A stretch of 25,243 bases of DNA from an uncultured virus (IMG/VR IMGVR_UViG_2875455138_000005) (Duplodnaviria > Heunggongvirae > Uroviricota > Caudoviricetes): IMG/VR virus record IMGVR_UViG_2875455138_000005, positions 62,001-87,243 of that record; one strand, written 5' to 3'. The notes beneath the pieces are model-generated. The model saw only the letters and a list, made by a program, of their open reading frames with translations, was not told the DNA's origin and ran no database searches. Below, piece after piece: positions 7,435 to 17,310 of this stretch. The translations under genes and the position numbers were made by a program. Each line of letters starts with the position of its first letter. Position 1 is the first letter of the stretch.

Positions 7435-9496
7435 TGAGATCATGATTCAGAAAGACGGTAAGTTTCAATTTGAGAAGGATAAGGAGGCCGTACACAGTTA
7501 CTTTGTTGATTACATTAATCAAAATACAGTGTTTTTCCATGACTTAAAAGAGAAACTGGATTATCTGATTAAAAATGATTATTACGAAGAAGAATTCTTA
7601 AGCAAATACACATTTGAACAGATTAAATCGATTTTTAAAATTGCTTACAGTTACAAATTCAGATTCCCATCTTTCATGAGTGCGTTTAAATTCTATAATG
7701 ACTATGCTTTGAAGACAAACGACAAAACAAAGATCCTGGAGAGATACGAGGATCGAGTCTCTATTGTAGCTTTGTATTGTGCAGATGGTGATTATGACAA
7801 GGCTATTGAGGAAGTACAAGCCATGATGAAACAAGAGTATCAGCCGGCAACGCCTACTTTCCTTAATGCAGGACGTAAGCGAAGAGGTGAAATGGTAAGC
7901 TGTTTCTTGCTTGAAGTGGGAGACAGTTTGAATGATATTTCACGGGCGATCGATATTTCCATGCAGCTGTCTAAGCTAGGTGGAGGAGTAGCGCTTAATC
8001 TAAACAAATTAAGAGCCAAAGGTGAAGCGATTAAAGATGTAGAGAATGCGACTAAAGGTGTCGTAGGTGTTATGAAATTATTGGACACTGCTTTTAGATA
8101 CGCAGACCAAATGGGACAAAGGCAAGGGTCTGGAGCAGCTTATCTAAGTGTATTCCACCCAGACATTACAGACTTCCTGGATACCAAAAAAATCTCAGCA
8201 GATGAAGATGTCCGAGTTAAAACACTGTCTATTGGTGTAGTTCTTCCTGATAAATTTATTGAATTGGCTAGAGAAGATAAGGACTTTTACATGTTCTATC
8301 CTCATTCAGTTTACAAAGAATACGGACAATATCTCGATGAGATGGATATCAATGAAATGTATGATGAGCTTGTTGAAAACCCTAAAGTTAGGAAAGCAAA
8401 GGGGAATGCTCGAAAGCTGTTAGAGCAATTGGCCATTCTTAGGAGCGAATCGGGCTATCCGTATATCATGTTTGCTGACAACGTAAATAAAGTGCATCCA
8501 AATGAACATATTTCAAAAGTGAAGTTTTCCAACCTCTGCAGCGAGGTACTCCAATCATCTGAAGTATCAATTTATACAGATTACGATCAGGAAGATGAAA
8601 TTGGATTAGATATCTCATGTAATCTTGGATCCATGAACATTGTAAATGTAATGAGTAACCAATCAATTGCTTCAACGGTCAGAATAGCAATTGACTCACT
8701 GACAACTGTCACAAGGAAAACAAACATTGTAAATGCCCCAGCTGTTGCGAGAGCAAATTCACTAATGCGATCAATTGGTCTAGGGCAGATGAACCTGCAC
8801 GGTTTTCTAGCTCAAAATAAAATCGCTTATGAAAGTGAAGAAGCTAAGGACTTTGCAAATACATACTTTATGATGGTTAACTTCTACTCCCTGCAGCGTT
8901 CAATGGAAATTGCACGAGAAACAGGGGAGACATACTACAAATTTGATGGATCAGCTTACAAATCAGGTGAGTATTTCGAAAAGTACGTAACAAATGATTA
9001 TATCCCTAAATATGAGAAGGTTAAGAACCTATTTGGAGATCAACATATTCCTAATATTGAAGATTGGATGAAGCTTAAAGAGGACGTAATAAAATATGGC
9101 TTGTATCACTCGTATAGGCAAGCTGTTGCACCTACTGGAAGCATCTCATATGTTCAATCATCTACGGCCGGTGTAATGCCTATTATGGAGAGAATTGAGG
9201 AACGTACATACGGAAACAGTAAGACATATTATCCAATGCCAGGTTTATCGGCTCAAAATTGGTTCTTCTATAAGGAAGCTTATGATATGGACATGTTTAA
9301 GGTAGTTGATCTTATTGCAACTATACAGCAGCACGTCGATCAAGGGATTTCATTTACACTTTTCTTAAAGGATACGATGACGACGCGCGATCTAAACCGG
9401 ATTGACTTATACGCGCATCACAAAGGAATTAAAACGCTGTATTATGCTCGAACGAAGGATACAACACAAGAGGGTTGCCTTAGTTGTGTAGTGTAG
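7397..9496 (+). CDS. nrdE: Class Ib ribonucleotide reductase alpha subunit, no intron or intein
   Basis: PATPTFLNAG, VSCF, SNLCSE, ISCNL, APTGSISY, TLYY, C-terminal CLSC; GGGAGG RBS fits TTG at 7397. Confidence 0.97.
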   Translation: MTNTIPKWIKLNNEIMIQKDGKFQFEKDKEAVHSYFVDYINQNTVFFHDLKEKLDYLIKNDYYEEEFLSKYTFEQIKSIFKIAYSYKFRFPSFMSAFKFYNDYALKTNDKTKILERYEDRVSIVALYCADGDYDKAIEEVQAMMKQEYQPATPTFLNAGRKRRGEMVSCFLLEVGDSLNDISRAIDISMQLSKLGGGVALNLNKLRAKGEAIKDVENATKGVVGVMKLLDTAFRYADQMGQRQGSGAAYLSVFHPDITDFLDTKKISADEDVRVKTLSIGVVLPDKFIELAREDKDFYMFYPHSVYKEYGQYLDEMDINEMYDELVENPKVRKAKGNARKLLEQLAILRSESGYPYIMFADNVNKVHPNEHISKVKFSNLCSEVLQSSEVSIYTDYDQEDEIGLDISCNLGSMNIVNVMSNQSIASTVRIAIDSLTTVTRKTNIVNAPAVARANSLMRSIGLGQMNLHGFLAQNKIAYESEEAKDFANTYFMMVNFYSLQRSMEIARETGETYYKFDGSAYKSGEYFEKYVTNDYIPKYEKVKNLFGDQHIPNIEDWMKLKEDVIKYGLYHSYRQAVAPTGSISYVQSSTAGVMPIMERIEERTYGNSKTYYPMPGLSAQNWFFYKEAYDMDMFKVVDLIATIQQHVDQGISFTLFLKDTMTTRDLNRIDLYAHHKGIKTLYYARTKDTTQEGCLSCVV

Positions 9497-9509
9497 GAGG
9501 TCAGATTCT

Positions 9510-10025
9510 ATAAAAAACAAATATGAAATCAGAGGCGACACTACAGCCATATTTATTGAGAGTGAAAAATTTGGATTGATAGAAACAATAATTGCTACAG
9601 AAGATTTACCAAAAGCCCAAGAAATTGAAGGTTGGTGGTGCGTTAGTTGGGATTCTTGCATTAAAAACTTTTATGTGAGAGGAAACAAAAAAGTGAAAGA
9701 TGGTGTTTGGAAAAAGGTTAGACTTCACAGATGGTTGATGGGAGTGACTGATCCAAAAACGCAAGTTGACCATATGTTACGAGATACTTTAGATAATTGT
9801 CGATGGTCTTTACGTATTGTATCAGCATCTGAAAATAGCCAAAACAGAAGAGTTCCTTCAAACAACACTAGTGGACATAGGGGTGTCTATTGGAATAGCA
9901 ATAGGCAAATGTGGGAAGCGAGGATAGACGCAAATCGAAAAACGATATACTTAGGTTATTTCAGCAATAAATCCGATGCTGCCAGAGTAAGAAAAGAAGC
10001 AGAGGAGAAGTATTGGATTATTTAG
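9510..10025 (+). CDS. Free-standing HNH endonuclease with C-terminal AP2-like domain; probable ATA start
   Basis: [60 protein letters not shown] at 9495-9500 precedes in-frame [17 protein letters not shown]. Confidence 0.85.
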   Translation: MKNKYEIRGDTTAIFIESEKFGLIETIIATEDLPKAQEIEGWWCVSWDSCIKNFYVRGNKKVKDGVWKKVRLHRWLMGVTDPKTQVDHMLRDTLDNCRWSLRIVSASENSQNRRVPSNNTSGHRGVYWNSNRQMWEARIDANRKTIYLGYFSNKSDAARVRKEAEEKYWII

Positions 10026-10036
10026 GAGGAACAAAA

Positions 10037-11005
10037 TTGACAAATTACACAGCAGCAAACTGGTCAAAGCATGAAGATGATTTCACCCAAATGTTTTACA
10101 ACCAAAACGTAAAGCAGTTTTGGCTTCCGGAAGAGATCGCATTAAACGGCGATCTTCTCACTTGGAAGTATCTTGGAACAAAGGAACAAGACACTTATAT
10201 GAAAGTTTTAGCTGGACTTACATTATTGGACACAGAGCAGGGGAACACGGGTATGCCGATTGTGGCTGAGCACGTCGAAGGCCATCAGCGAAAAGCGGTT
10301 CTTAATTTCATGGCGATGATGGAAAACGCGGTGCACGCAAAATCTTACAGCAACATCTTTCTTACATTAGCTCCAACAGAGAAGATCAACGAAGTGTTTG
10401 AATGGGTTAAAAACAATAAGTTTCTTCAAAAGAAAGCAAGAACAATTGTTTCAATTTATGAAGCAGTTCAGAAAAACGATGATATTTCCTTATTCAAAGC
10501 GATGGTTGCGTCTGTGTTTCTGGAGAGTTTCCTTTTCTATTCAGGGTTTTATTATCCACTTTACTTTTATGGACAAGGGAAGCTCATGCAGAGCGGGGAA
10601 ATTGTAAATTTAATTATCCGTGACGAGGCGATACACGGCGTTTATGTCGGATTGTTAGCTCAAGAGATATACAAGAAACAAACTCTTCAGAAGCAAAAAG
10701 AACTGTTTACATGGGCTTTAAGTTTGCTCCAAGAGCTTTATGAAAATGAATTAGAGTATACAGAAGATGTTTATGATCAGGTTGGTTTAGCTCCAGATGT
10801 AAAGAAATTCATCAGATACAATGCGAATAAAGCTTTAAACAATCTGGGATTCGATCATCTGTTCGAGGAAGAAGACGTTAATCCAATTGTTATTAATGGA
10901 TTGAGCACAAAGACTAAATCCCATGACTTCTTTTCAATGAAGGGCGTTGGCTATAAAAAAGCAACAGTAGAATCATTAAGGGACACGGATTTTATATTTG
11001 ATTAA
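10037..11005 (+). CDS. nrdF: Class Ib ribonucleotide reductase beta subunit, intronless
   Basis: [51 protein letters not shown] fits TTG at 10037. Confidence 0.97.
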   Translation: MTNYTAANWSKHEDDFTQMFYNQNVKQFWLPEEIALNGDLLTWKYLGTKEQDTYMKVLAGLTLLDTEQGNTGMPIVAEHVEGHQRKAVLNFMAMMENAVHAKSYSNIFLTLAPTEKINEVFEWVKNNKFLQKKARTIVSIYEAVQKNDDISLFKAMVASVFLESFLFYSGFYYPLYFYGQGKLMQSGEIVNLIIRDEAIHGVYVGLLAQEIYKKQTLQKQKELFTWALSLLQELYENELEYTEDVYDQVGLAPDVKKFIRYNANKALNNLGFDHLFEEEDVNPIVINGLSTKTKSHDFFSMKGVGYKKATVESLRDTDFIFD

Positions 11006-11717
11006 ACTTAAAAAAGACAGTCTTGTCGGTAAAGTTTATGTGAATAACGCAAACCAAAAGTACAAAGTGGTTCAAGTTTTTAGAGAAATGAACAGATATA
11101 AATATAGAATTCGATTTCTTAAAACTGGGTATGGAAGAGTTGTTGAAAAAGTTGAAATGAAACGCGGGAAGATAAAAGATAAGTTTGAGAAGTCTGTATT
11201 CGGAGTAGGGTACATGGGCAATGTGAAAATGACTGATCATAAAAAGGAGTACAGTGTTTGGAGCGGAATGCTTGAGCGTTGCTATCATCCAAGGGGAAGT
11301 GGTTATGAAAGATACGGTGCCAAAGGAGTGACTGTGGAAAGAAGGTGGCATTGCTTCGAGAATTTTTTAGAGGATCTCCCTTTGATTAAAGGGTATGATG
11401 AGATACTGTTTTCTCAAGGAAAGATTCATTTGGATAAAGATAAAATTCAAATAAATGTGCCAATAAATAAAAGGAAATACTCACTTGTAACATGTTGCTT
11501 CTTAACTAAGAAAGAAAACAACAATTATAGAGACTTAGAAAATATTAAAAAAGAAATATTCGCATTATCTCCTGAAGGAGTTTTGATTGAAGCTAAAGGA
11601 ATTAGGGAGTTTGCAAGAGACCATGGATTAATTAAACAAGGTATTATGCGGTGTTTATCTGGAAGGGCTAAAACACATAAAGGATGGAAATTCAAATATA
11701 AAAGAGAGGCGATTTAA
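10998..11717 (+). CDS. Free-standing HNH-type homing endonuclease with C-terminal NUMOD1/IENR-like DNA-binding module
   Basis: [78 protein letters not shown]. Confidence 0.8.
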   Translation: MIKLKKDSLVGKVYVNNANQKYKVVQVFREMNRYKYRIRFLKTGYGRVVEKVEMKRGKIKDKFEKSVFGVGYMGNVKMTDHKKEYSVWSGMLERCYHPRGSGYERYGAKGVTVERRWHCFENFLEDLPLIKGYDEILFSQGKIHLDKDKIQINVPINKRKYSLVTCCFLTKKENNNYRDLENIKKEIFALSPEGVLIEAKGIREFARDHGLIKQGIMRCLSGRAKTHKGWKFKYKREAI

Positions 11718-11966
11718 ATGAGATTAATTAAATTAGAGCAGCCAAATTGCAATCCCTGCAAAATGGTGTCCAATTACTTAAATGATGCAGGCGTCGAATA
11801 TGAGACAGTTGATGTTACACAGAAGCCAGAAGTGGCAGCGCAATATGAGGTAATGGGCGTACCGGTAACCATTCTTCTGAGTGTTCAAGGAGAAGAAGTA
11901 AAACGAAGTATCGGTTTTATACCTGGTGAGTTAGACACCTTAATAAATGATTTAAGGGGTCAATAA
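11718..11966 (+). CDS. Thioredoxin/NrdH-like redoxin (YosR-like)
   Basis: CNPC active site, GVP cis-Pro motif; follows nrdF. Confidence 0.9.
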   Translation: MRLIKLEQPNCNPCKMVSNYLNDAGVEYETVDVTQKPEVAAQYEVMGVPVTILLSVQGEEVKRSIGFIPGELDTLINDLRGQ

Positions 11967-12472
11967 TGGGATTATTGATATTGGCTGGGATTGTTCTTGT
12001 TGCAACAACAATAGTTGTTTTAATAGATACATACGGGGAATTGATTTTATCTGTAATCTGTGGATTCGTTGCTGCAGTTGTTGTACTAATTGTTGCTGGA
12101 CTTATTGCAGTGTTTTTCCCCTTTGATAACCACGCAGTATTAGAAGAAAAGGTAAGTGTTTATTCAATTAAAGACAACATTAATGTCAGTGGAAAATTTG
12201 TACTGGGTTCAGGGATCATCGACGATACACAATATTTGTATTTCGTAATAGAAAAAGAAGGGTTTAAGTCAGTACATAAAGTTAAAGCAGAAACTTCTAG
12301 AGTAAAAGAGGGAAACTATAAAACTCCATATGTGAAAAAGTATCGTTATGAATATACGAATAAATTTGTAAGATTCATGTTTGGGGAATCTCCGCCTTTT
12401 AAGGATAGCTCATACGATTTCTTTTTACCGGAGCATACGGTTACCCAGGAATATAAAGTTGACCTTGAATAG
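11966..12472 (+). CDS. Phage membrane protein with two N-terminal TM helices
   Basis: Hydrophobic N-terminus; TAATG coupling. Confidence 0.8.
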   Translation: MGLLILAGIVLVATTIVVLIDTYGELILSVICGFVAAVVVLIVAGLIAVFFPFDNHAVLEEKVSVYSIKDNINVSGKFVLGSGIIDDTQYLYFVIEKEGFKSVHKVKAETSRVKEGNYKTPYVKKYRYEYTNKFVRFMFGESPPFKDSSYDFFLPEHTVTQEYKVDLE

Positions 12473-12523
12473 TCAATAAACGGGTAAGTTTAAACAAACT
12501 AAAATTAAAGGAGCTAACACATA

Positions 12524-12952
12524 ATGCAAATTAAAATCAAATATTTAGATGATACACAAACAAGAATCAGCAAAATTGAACAGGGCGATTGGATTGATCT
12601 GCGGGCAGCTGAAGATGTAGTAATCAAAAAGGACGAATTTAAACTTATCCCATTAGGAGTGGTAATGGAGCTACCAGAAGGGCATGAGGCTCATATCGTA
12701 CCTCGGGGAAGTACATTTAAAAACTTTGGTATCATTGAGACAAACTCAATGGGTGTTATTGATGAGTCCTACAAGGGAGACAATGATTTCTGGTTCTTCC
12801 CTGCATATGCATTACGGGATACAGAAATTAAAAAAGGGGATCGTATTTGTCAGTTCAGAATTATGAAGAAAATGTCTGCAGTTGAATTGATTGAGGTAGA
12901 TCATCTAGGCAACGATGATCGCGGTGGGCACGGATCGACTGGAACTAAGTAA
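12524..12952 (+). CDS. dut: Trimeric dUTPase (YosS-like)
   Basis: [31 protein letters not shown] motifs. Confidence 0.95.
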   Translation: MQIKIKYLDDTQTRISKIEQGDWIDLRAAEDVVIKKDEFKLIPLGVVMELPEGHEAHIVPRGSTFKNFGIIETNSMGVIDESYKGDNDFWFFPAYALRDTEIKKGDRICQFRIMKKMSAVELIEVDHLGNDDRGGHGSTGTK

Positions 12953-13061
12953 TACAAGCCCTGGCTTAGATCATGATGTTTGTCCAGTGGAGGGTCTTAG
13001 CCAGGGTACAACTTAAAATACTCAAAAAATTCAACAATTATACCTACAAAGGAGATGCTGG

Positions 13062-13226
13062 ATGAAAAAAAGATTACGTAAAAAGGCGTGGATGATAGGG
13101 AATACAAAACATGGCGAATTCATGTTTAATGTAATTGATAAGGTAAATGCAGATGGATATGTGTATTATCCAAAAGGACGCTATCATGTAGACAGAAAAG
13201 GGAACATGTACAAGTTTAAAATTTAG
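13062..13226 (+). CDS. 54-aa basic phage protein (not in ORF track)
   Basis: AAAGGAG RBS; MKKRLRKKAWMIGNTKHGEF...KFKI. Confidence 0.65.
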   Translation: MKKRLRKKAWMIGNTKHGEFMFNVIDKVNADGYVYYPKGRYHVDRKGNMYKFKI

Positions 13227-13287
13227 AAAAAAGCGAAATTGTGATGACTGAAGTTTATAAAGAACTTAGGGATACCAAAGGGTTTAT

Positions 13288-13314
13288 TTTTTCACATTTT
13301 TCACATTTTTCACA
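13288..13314 (+). repeat. 3 x 9-bp tandem repeat TTTTTCACA
   Basis: Three exact copies. Confidence 0.9.
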
Positions 13315-13387
13315 TTAATGTAGGGATGTCGATTGAACGAACATCTCTATAAAAGAAGACTTTTATAGAAAAGTGAGGTGAGATTCA

Positions 13388-13687
13388 GTGAACAATTATG
13401 TAGATAAAATTAAAGAACATCTTCATAAAATTGCTGAGCTTGAAAAAGGATTGGCATTATTCAGTGAAGATGAAGAAGAATACATAAGCTTATTAGCTAA
13501 GATTCAGGAGCAGTTTTATTTTATATCCGACGAAGCAATGGAAGGATTTAAAGAATTAACTATACATATAAGAAATACAGGACAGAAAAGAATACAACGG
13601 GGAATTGATCAGCTGCCTCACACAATCAAAGAAAGTGTAAGCGAAGAAATTAAAGACATAAAGAGATCCGGCGAGCTGTTTGATTGA
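13388..13687 (+). CDS. Phage hypothetical helical protein (99 aa)
   Basis: GAGGTGA RBS, GTG start. Confidence 0.8.
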   Translation: MNNYVDKIKEHLHKIAELEKGLALFSEDEEEYISLLAKIQEQFYFISDEAMEGFKELTIHIRNTGQKRIQRGIDQLPHTIKESVSEEIKDIKRSGELFD

Positions 13688-13733
13688 ACATAGTTATTTA
13701 TAAGATAAAAATAAAATAAGGAGATGTATTAGA

Positions 13734-14144
13734 ATTACATACTTTACGTTATTACTTGCAGCATACTTATTTGCACTAAACATTAATGAAATTAGATTAA
13801 TTACTCGAGGAGAACAGAACGTATACGCTAAAGTTACGCATATGCTTTCTAATTCACCGTATAAAGAACTGAAGAAAAATAAGAACTTAGTATATGTCAT
13901 TACATTGTTCAAGGGGATTTCATTCATCATCCCCTTGGCTACTATTGGATTGATTACGCACGGTAACTTGTTAATGTTAGCTTGGACAGCTTTTGCTTTA
14001 ATATATACCGGTTTAACAATGTTTAAAATTCTTGATGTTTTGGAAGGTGACTCAAACAATCATCAAAACAAGTTCGTGTACATGCTGTTTGTTTGCGGTA
14101 ATATTGTCTTCGTGATTAACTTTATTATTGGTCGTTTCGTTTAA
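13734..14144 (+). CDS. Phage membrane protein, probable ATT start (track start 13842)
   Basis: Frame is open back to 13704 and adds a hydrophobic segment; AAGGAG lies 10 nt before ATT 13734. Confidence 0.65.
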   Translation: MTYFTLLLAAYLFALNINEIRLITRGEQNVYAKVTHMLSNSPYKELKKNKNLVYVITLFKGISFIIPLATIGLITHGNLLMLAWTAFALIYTGLTMFKILDVLEGDSNNHQNKFVYMLFVCGNIVFVINFIIGRFV

Positions 14145-14755
14145 GCGTCTAATTCATGTTCATGATACGCTTCAAGCCATTTAAGCCCTGGCCTAGAAGG
14201 ATGTCTTGGTGAATTCTTAACTGTGAGAAGCCTGTTGTAATGGGTTTTGATAACAAATGCCTCGTCTTTATTTATTCCTTTTAGGAGCTGTTTAACATCG
14301 TTGCATTGCTTATTAAAACTTCGTTTATCGAATCGCTTTGGACAATCACCCCAAGCAAAGATTACCTTTTTAGATTCTTTAGCTAAATTGGCTATAATTT
14401 GATGATTAGTCTTAACGGTAGCTTCATACAGGCTACTGTTCTCTTTTTGAAGCTTATGAATTATTGAGGATAGTTCCGCTGAATTTGTTTCGTAAAAAGG
14501 ATAGAGATTGACAATATGAATGGATCCAACTTCATTTAATGAGTGGCTAAAATTACATAACTTAGTTATAGTGAGGTCGGATACTTCTTTGTCAGCAATA
14601 CTTGGATTTAACATAATAAACACATGTGAAGAGTCTAAATTATTATTAAGCTTTATTGATAAACAATATCTTGCTTCAATTGAGTCTGTTAATCTTTCAG
14701 TTTTACATTCCAGTACTTCTTTAACCACCGCTGGCTTGTATTTGTAAACAGACAA
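14141..14755 (-). CDS. DUF1643-family protein
   Basis: FIMLNPSIAD, IVNLYP, VIFAWG, PRHP motifs; GAGGTGA RBS fits TTG at 14755. Confidence 0.85.
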   Translation of the reverse strand: MSVYKYKPAVVKEVLECKTERLTDSIEARYCLSIKLNNNLDSSHVFIMLNPSIADKEVSDLTITKLCNFSHSLNEVGSIHIVNLYPFYETNSAELSSIIHKLQKENSSLYEATVKTNHQIIANLAKESKKVIFAWGDCPKRFDKRSFNKQCNDVKQLLKGINKDEAFVIKTHYNRLLTVKNSPRHPSRPGLKWLEAYHEHELDA

Positions 14756-14825
14756 AAAGATCACCTCATTCCATTATGTGGGCAAGGATATTTTACCAAA
14801 CAATGGAATTGAAAGGAAGGAAATT

Positions 14826-15665
14826 ATGAGTCAATTTGATATGCAGTACAACACAATCATAAATGACATAATTAATAATGGAGTATCTGACGAAGAATTC
14901 GATGTCAGAGCCAACTGGGATACAGATGGAACCCCAGCTAATGCACTCAGTGTAATCAGCAGGAAAATGCGATTTGACAATACTGAAGTACCAATTTTAA
15001 CGACTAAAAAAGTTGCCTGGAAAACAGCAATCAAAGAATTGCTTTGGATATGGCAGCTTAAATCAAATGATGTCAACGAATTAAACAAGATGGGTGTGCA
15101 CATCTGGGATCAATGGAAACAAGAAGATGGTACAATCGGCAAAGCATATGGATATCAGCTTAGTAAAAAGAACAGAGTGCTAAACTGTGAAAAAGTTGAT
15201 CAGGTTGATTATCTTCTTCATCAGTTGAAAAATAATCCATCATCACGCAGACATATTACAATGCTTTGGAATCCTGATGATTTAGACTCAATGGCTTTAC
15301 CACCTTGTGTATATGAGACACAGTGGTATATAAAACAAGGAAAGCTTACCTTAGAGGTAAGAGCTCGTAGCAATGACATGGCTTTAGGGAATCCGTTTAA
15401 TGTGTTCCAGTACAATGTTTTGCAGCGTATGATTGCTCAAGTTACTGGCTATGAGCTAGGTGAATATGTCTTCAATATTGGAGACTGTCACGTATACACT
15501 CGTCATATAGACAATTTGAAAATTCAAATGGAAAGAGAGCAATACGAAGCACCTGAGCTATGGATTAATCCGGATGTAAAAGACTTTTATGATTTCACAA
15601 TTGACGATTTCAAACTGATTAATTATAAGCATGGAGACAAGCTTTACTTTGAGGTAGCAGTATAA
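14826..15665 (+). CDS. thyA: Thymidylate synthase (thyP3/ThyA type)
   Basis: PILTTKKVAWK, ALPPC, RARSNDMALGNPFN, DCHVY; RBS fits ATG at 14826 (279 aa). Confidence 0.97.
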   Translation: MSQFDMQYNTIINDIINNGVSDEEFDVRANWDTDGTPANALSVISRKMRFDNTEVPILTTKKVAWKTAIKELLWIWQLKSNDVNELNKMGVHIWDQWKQEDGTIGKAYGYQLSKKNRVLNCEKVDQVDYLLHQLKNNPSSRRHITMLWNPDDLDSMALPPCVYETQWYIKQGKLTLEVRARSNDMALGNPFNVFQYNVLQRMIAQVTGYELGEYVFNIGDCHVYTRHIDNLKIQMEREQYEAPELWINPDVKDFYDFTIDDFKLINYKHGDKLYFEVAV

Positions 15666-16171
15666 TGCTATCTCTTATTGCTTGCTGCGATAAATCAATG
15701 GCCATTGGGTATGAGAATAATTTGCTTTACCATATTCCTGAAGACATGAAACGTTTTAAAGAACTCACTACAGGAAAGTTGTGTATTCAGGGAAGGCTTA
15801 CATATGAAACGATCGTAAACATTACAGGAAAGCCACTTCAAAACCGAAAGAATATCATACTGACCAAAAATAAGGATTTCAAGCCTGATCACTCTTCATT
15901 CGTTTACCATTCGGTTGACGATGTTTTAAAGCTTATACGTGGTCAATTGGATACAAATGAAGAAGTAATGGTTATTGGAGGAGGCGTTATTTACGAGGCA
16001 TTCTTACCACATGCTGATAAGGTTTATTTGACGATTGTTGATTCAGTTGCTGAGAAGGCAGATTCATATTTTCCAAGGTTAAATGACGATTGGAGAGTAA
16101 TTGAAAAGGATCATAGAAAAGCAGAAAACAATACCACATATAATTATTCATTTGTGACTTACTCAAAATAA
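15665..16171 (+). CDS. dfrA: Dihydrofolate reductase
   Basis: AIGYENNLLYHIPEDMKRFKELT, GRLTYE, PLQNRKNIILT, VIGGG, ADSYFP; coupled to thyA. Confidence 0.95.
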   Translation: MLSLIACCDKSMAIGYENNLLYHIPEDMKRFKELTTGKLCIQGRLTYETIVNITGKPLQNRKNIILTKNKDFKPDHSSFVYHSVDDVLKLIRGQLDTNEEVMVIGGGVIYEAFLPHADKVYLTIVDSVAEKADSYFPRLNDDWRVIEKDHRKAENNTTYNYSFVTYSK

Positions 16172-16196
16172 ATTGAGAATAAAAATAAAATAGTTA

Positions 16197-16225
16197 TAGA
16201 CTTTTGAGAAGCTGAATGATAAGAT
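16197..16225 (+). promoter_or_regulatory. SigA-type promoter with extended -10
   Basis: TAGACT-N17-TAAGAT with TG at -15/-14; same upstream A-tract element as the 2187 promoter. Confidence 0.55.
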
Positions 16226-16255
16226 AAAGACAAGTTAAAAGCTTGTCTTTTTTTT
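16226..16255 (+). terminator. Rho-independent terminator after dfrA
   Basis: AAAGACAAG-TTAAAAG-CTTGTCTTT followed by T run. Confidence 0.8.
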
Positions 16256-16300
16256 ACATACTTTTAGAGTGAAAATAAAATAATAAATAGGAGTGGCGAT

Positions 16301-16666
16301 ATGAAAACTGCAACAGATTATCTTGTTTCCATTTCCAAACCTCTTGTTGCAATTGAGGAGACTAAACAACGACTTCAAAATGAAATTGATAACCTTTATA
16401 AAGAGCTAGGCAAAGTTGATAAAGAGCTCAATGAATTTTATCACAAGCTAGAAGAGGACAAATTTAATGCATCAGAGGGATATCATCTTTCGTTAAAAGA
16501 GCAAAAGATATTGAGAAAGCGAAGAAGCTTAAAACAAGAGCTTCAATTATTGAACACACTTTTCGGGAGTTTAAACAAAAACGGATGGACTCTTGAATCA
16601 CTAAAAATTGCAGAGTATAGGATTAGCAAAAAGAAAAACAAGCACTTACAGTATGAATCGGTTTAA
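16301..16666 (+). CDS. Phage coiled-coil hypothetical protein
   Basis: AGGAG RBS; heptad-rich sequence. Confidence 0.8.
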   Translation: MKTATDYLVSISKPLVAIEETKQRLQNEIDNLYKELGKVDKELNEFYHKLEEDKFNASEGYHLSLKEQKILRKRRSLKQELQLLNTLFGSLNKNGWTLESLKIAEYRISKKKNKHLQYESV

Positions 16667-16725
16667 AGACATAATCCACATTCACCTTGTGAATACATAT
16701 TGAATCCTTATAAGGAGGTGATTAA

Positions 16726-17094
16726 TTGCAACAAAAAGAGCGAGAATTGTTGTCAAAGAAAGAACAGCTTGAAATTGATGTTTTAGAAAAGGAAGCAGCT
16801 TTACTCAGGCTAGAAGTGGAACAAGAAAACTTCAATCTCCACAAAATTGGGGAGATCGGAGTACTTAAAGATTTTCTTTTATACATAAAGAAATACAGAG
16901 CAATGTTTACTGTGCAGCAAGCAAAAGAATTTAGAAATATGAATAGTCGAATGAGTGAAATCATCAAAGTCCATCATGGACAAGTATTGGTTGATGAAGA
17001 AGCTTTAGAGAGATTCATTGATGATATTGAGGATAAAATTAATTTAATTGAGATTGGAGGAGGGGGAAATAGCGGTGTGGATGATATATGGTAA
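16726..17094 (+). CDS. Phage hypothetical protein (122 aa)
   Basis: AAGGAGGTGA RBS, TTG start. Confidence 0.8.
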   Translation: MQQKERELLSKKEQLEIDVLEKEAALLRLEVEQENFNLHKIGEIGVLKDFLLYIKKYRAMFTVQQAKEFRNMNSRMSEIIKVHHGQVLVDEEALERFIDDIEDKINLIEIGGGGNSGVDDIW

Positions 17095-17120
17095 CGCGCC
17101 CGGCGGCTGGACGCCGAGAA

Positions 17121-17216
17121 TTAGCGTCCAAGAAGGGTGAAAATAGGTTTTCTGAATGCGAAAACAAATGCCGCTGTAAGAGCAATAGCTACTTTATCTT
17201 CGGTTGATATTTTCAT
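17121..17216 (-). CDS. 31-aa hydrophobic peptide (type I toxin-like)
   Basis: GAAAGGAGGT RBS; MKISTEDKVAIALTAAFVFAFRKPIFTLLGR; GC-rich hairpin downstream. Confidence 0.7.
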   Translation of the reverse strand: MKISTEDKVAIALTAAFVFAFRKPIFTLLGR

Positions 17217-17264
17217 GAATCGAACCTCCTTTCGGTAACTTAGGTATATTGTACCACATAAATA

Positions 17265-17278
17265 CGAATGTGTGTTCG
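17265..17278. promoter_or_regulatory. LexA (DinR)-like SOS box over the -35 region of a minus-strand extended -10 promoter
   Basis: CGAATGTGTGTTCG, 1 mismatch to CGAAC-RNRY-GTTCG; minus-strand TG-N-TACAAT at 17248-17256. Confidence 0.65.
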
Positions 17279-17310
17279 TTTTTTTAAAAAATTTCGGGAG
17301 GGATTGCGGA

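Noticed and set aside
7397..11005. Group I introns or intein in nrdE/nrdF as in SPbeta
   Set aside because: Both ORFs are continuous and of normal length (699 and 322 aa) with intact catalytic motifs
6080..14747. Alternate plus-strand ORFs 6080, 10398, 12684, 14520
   Set aside because: Nested in or antisense to well-supported genes
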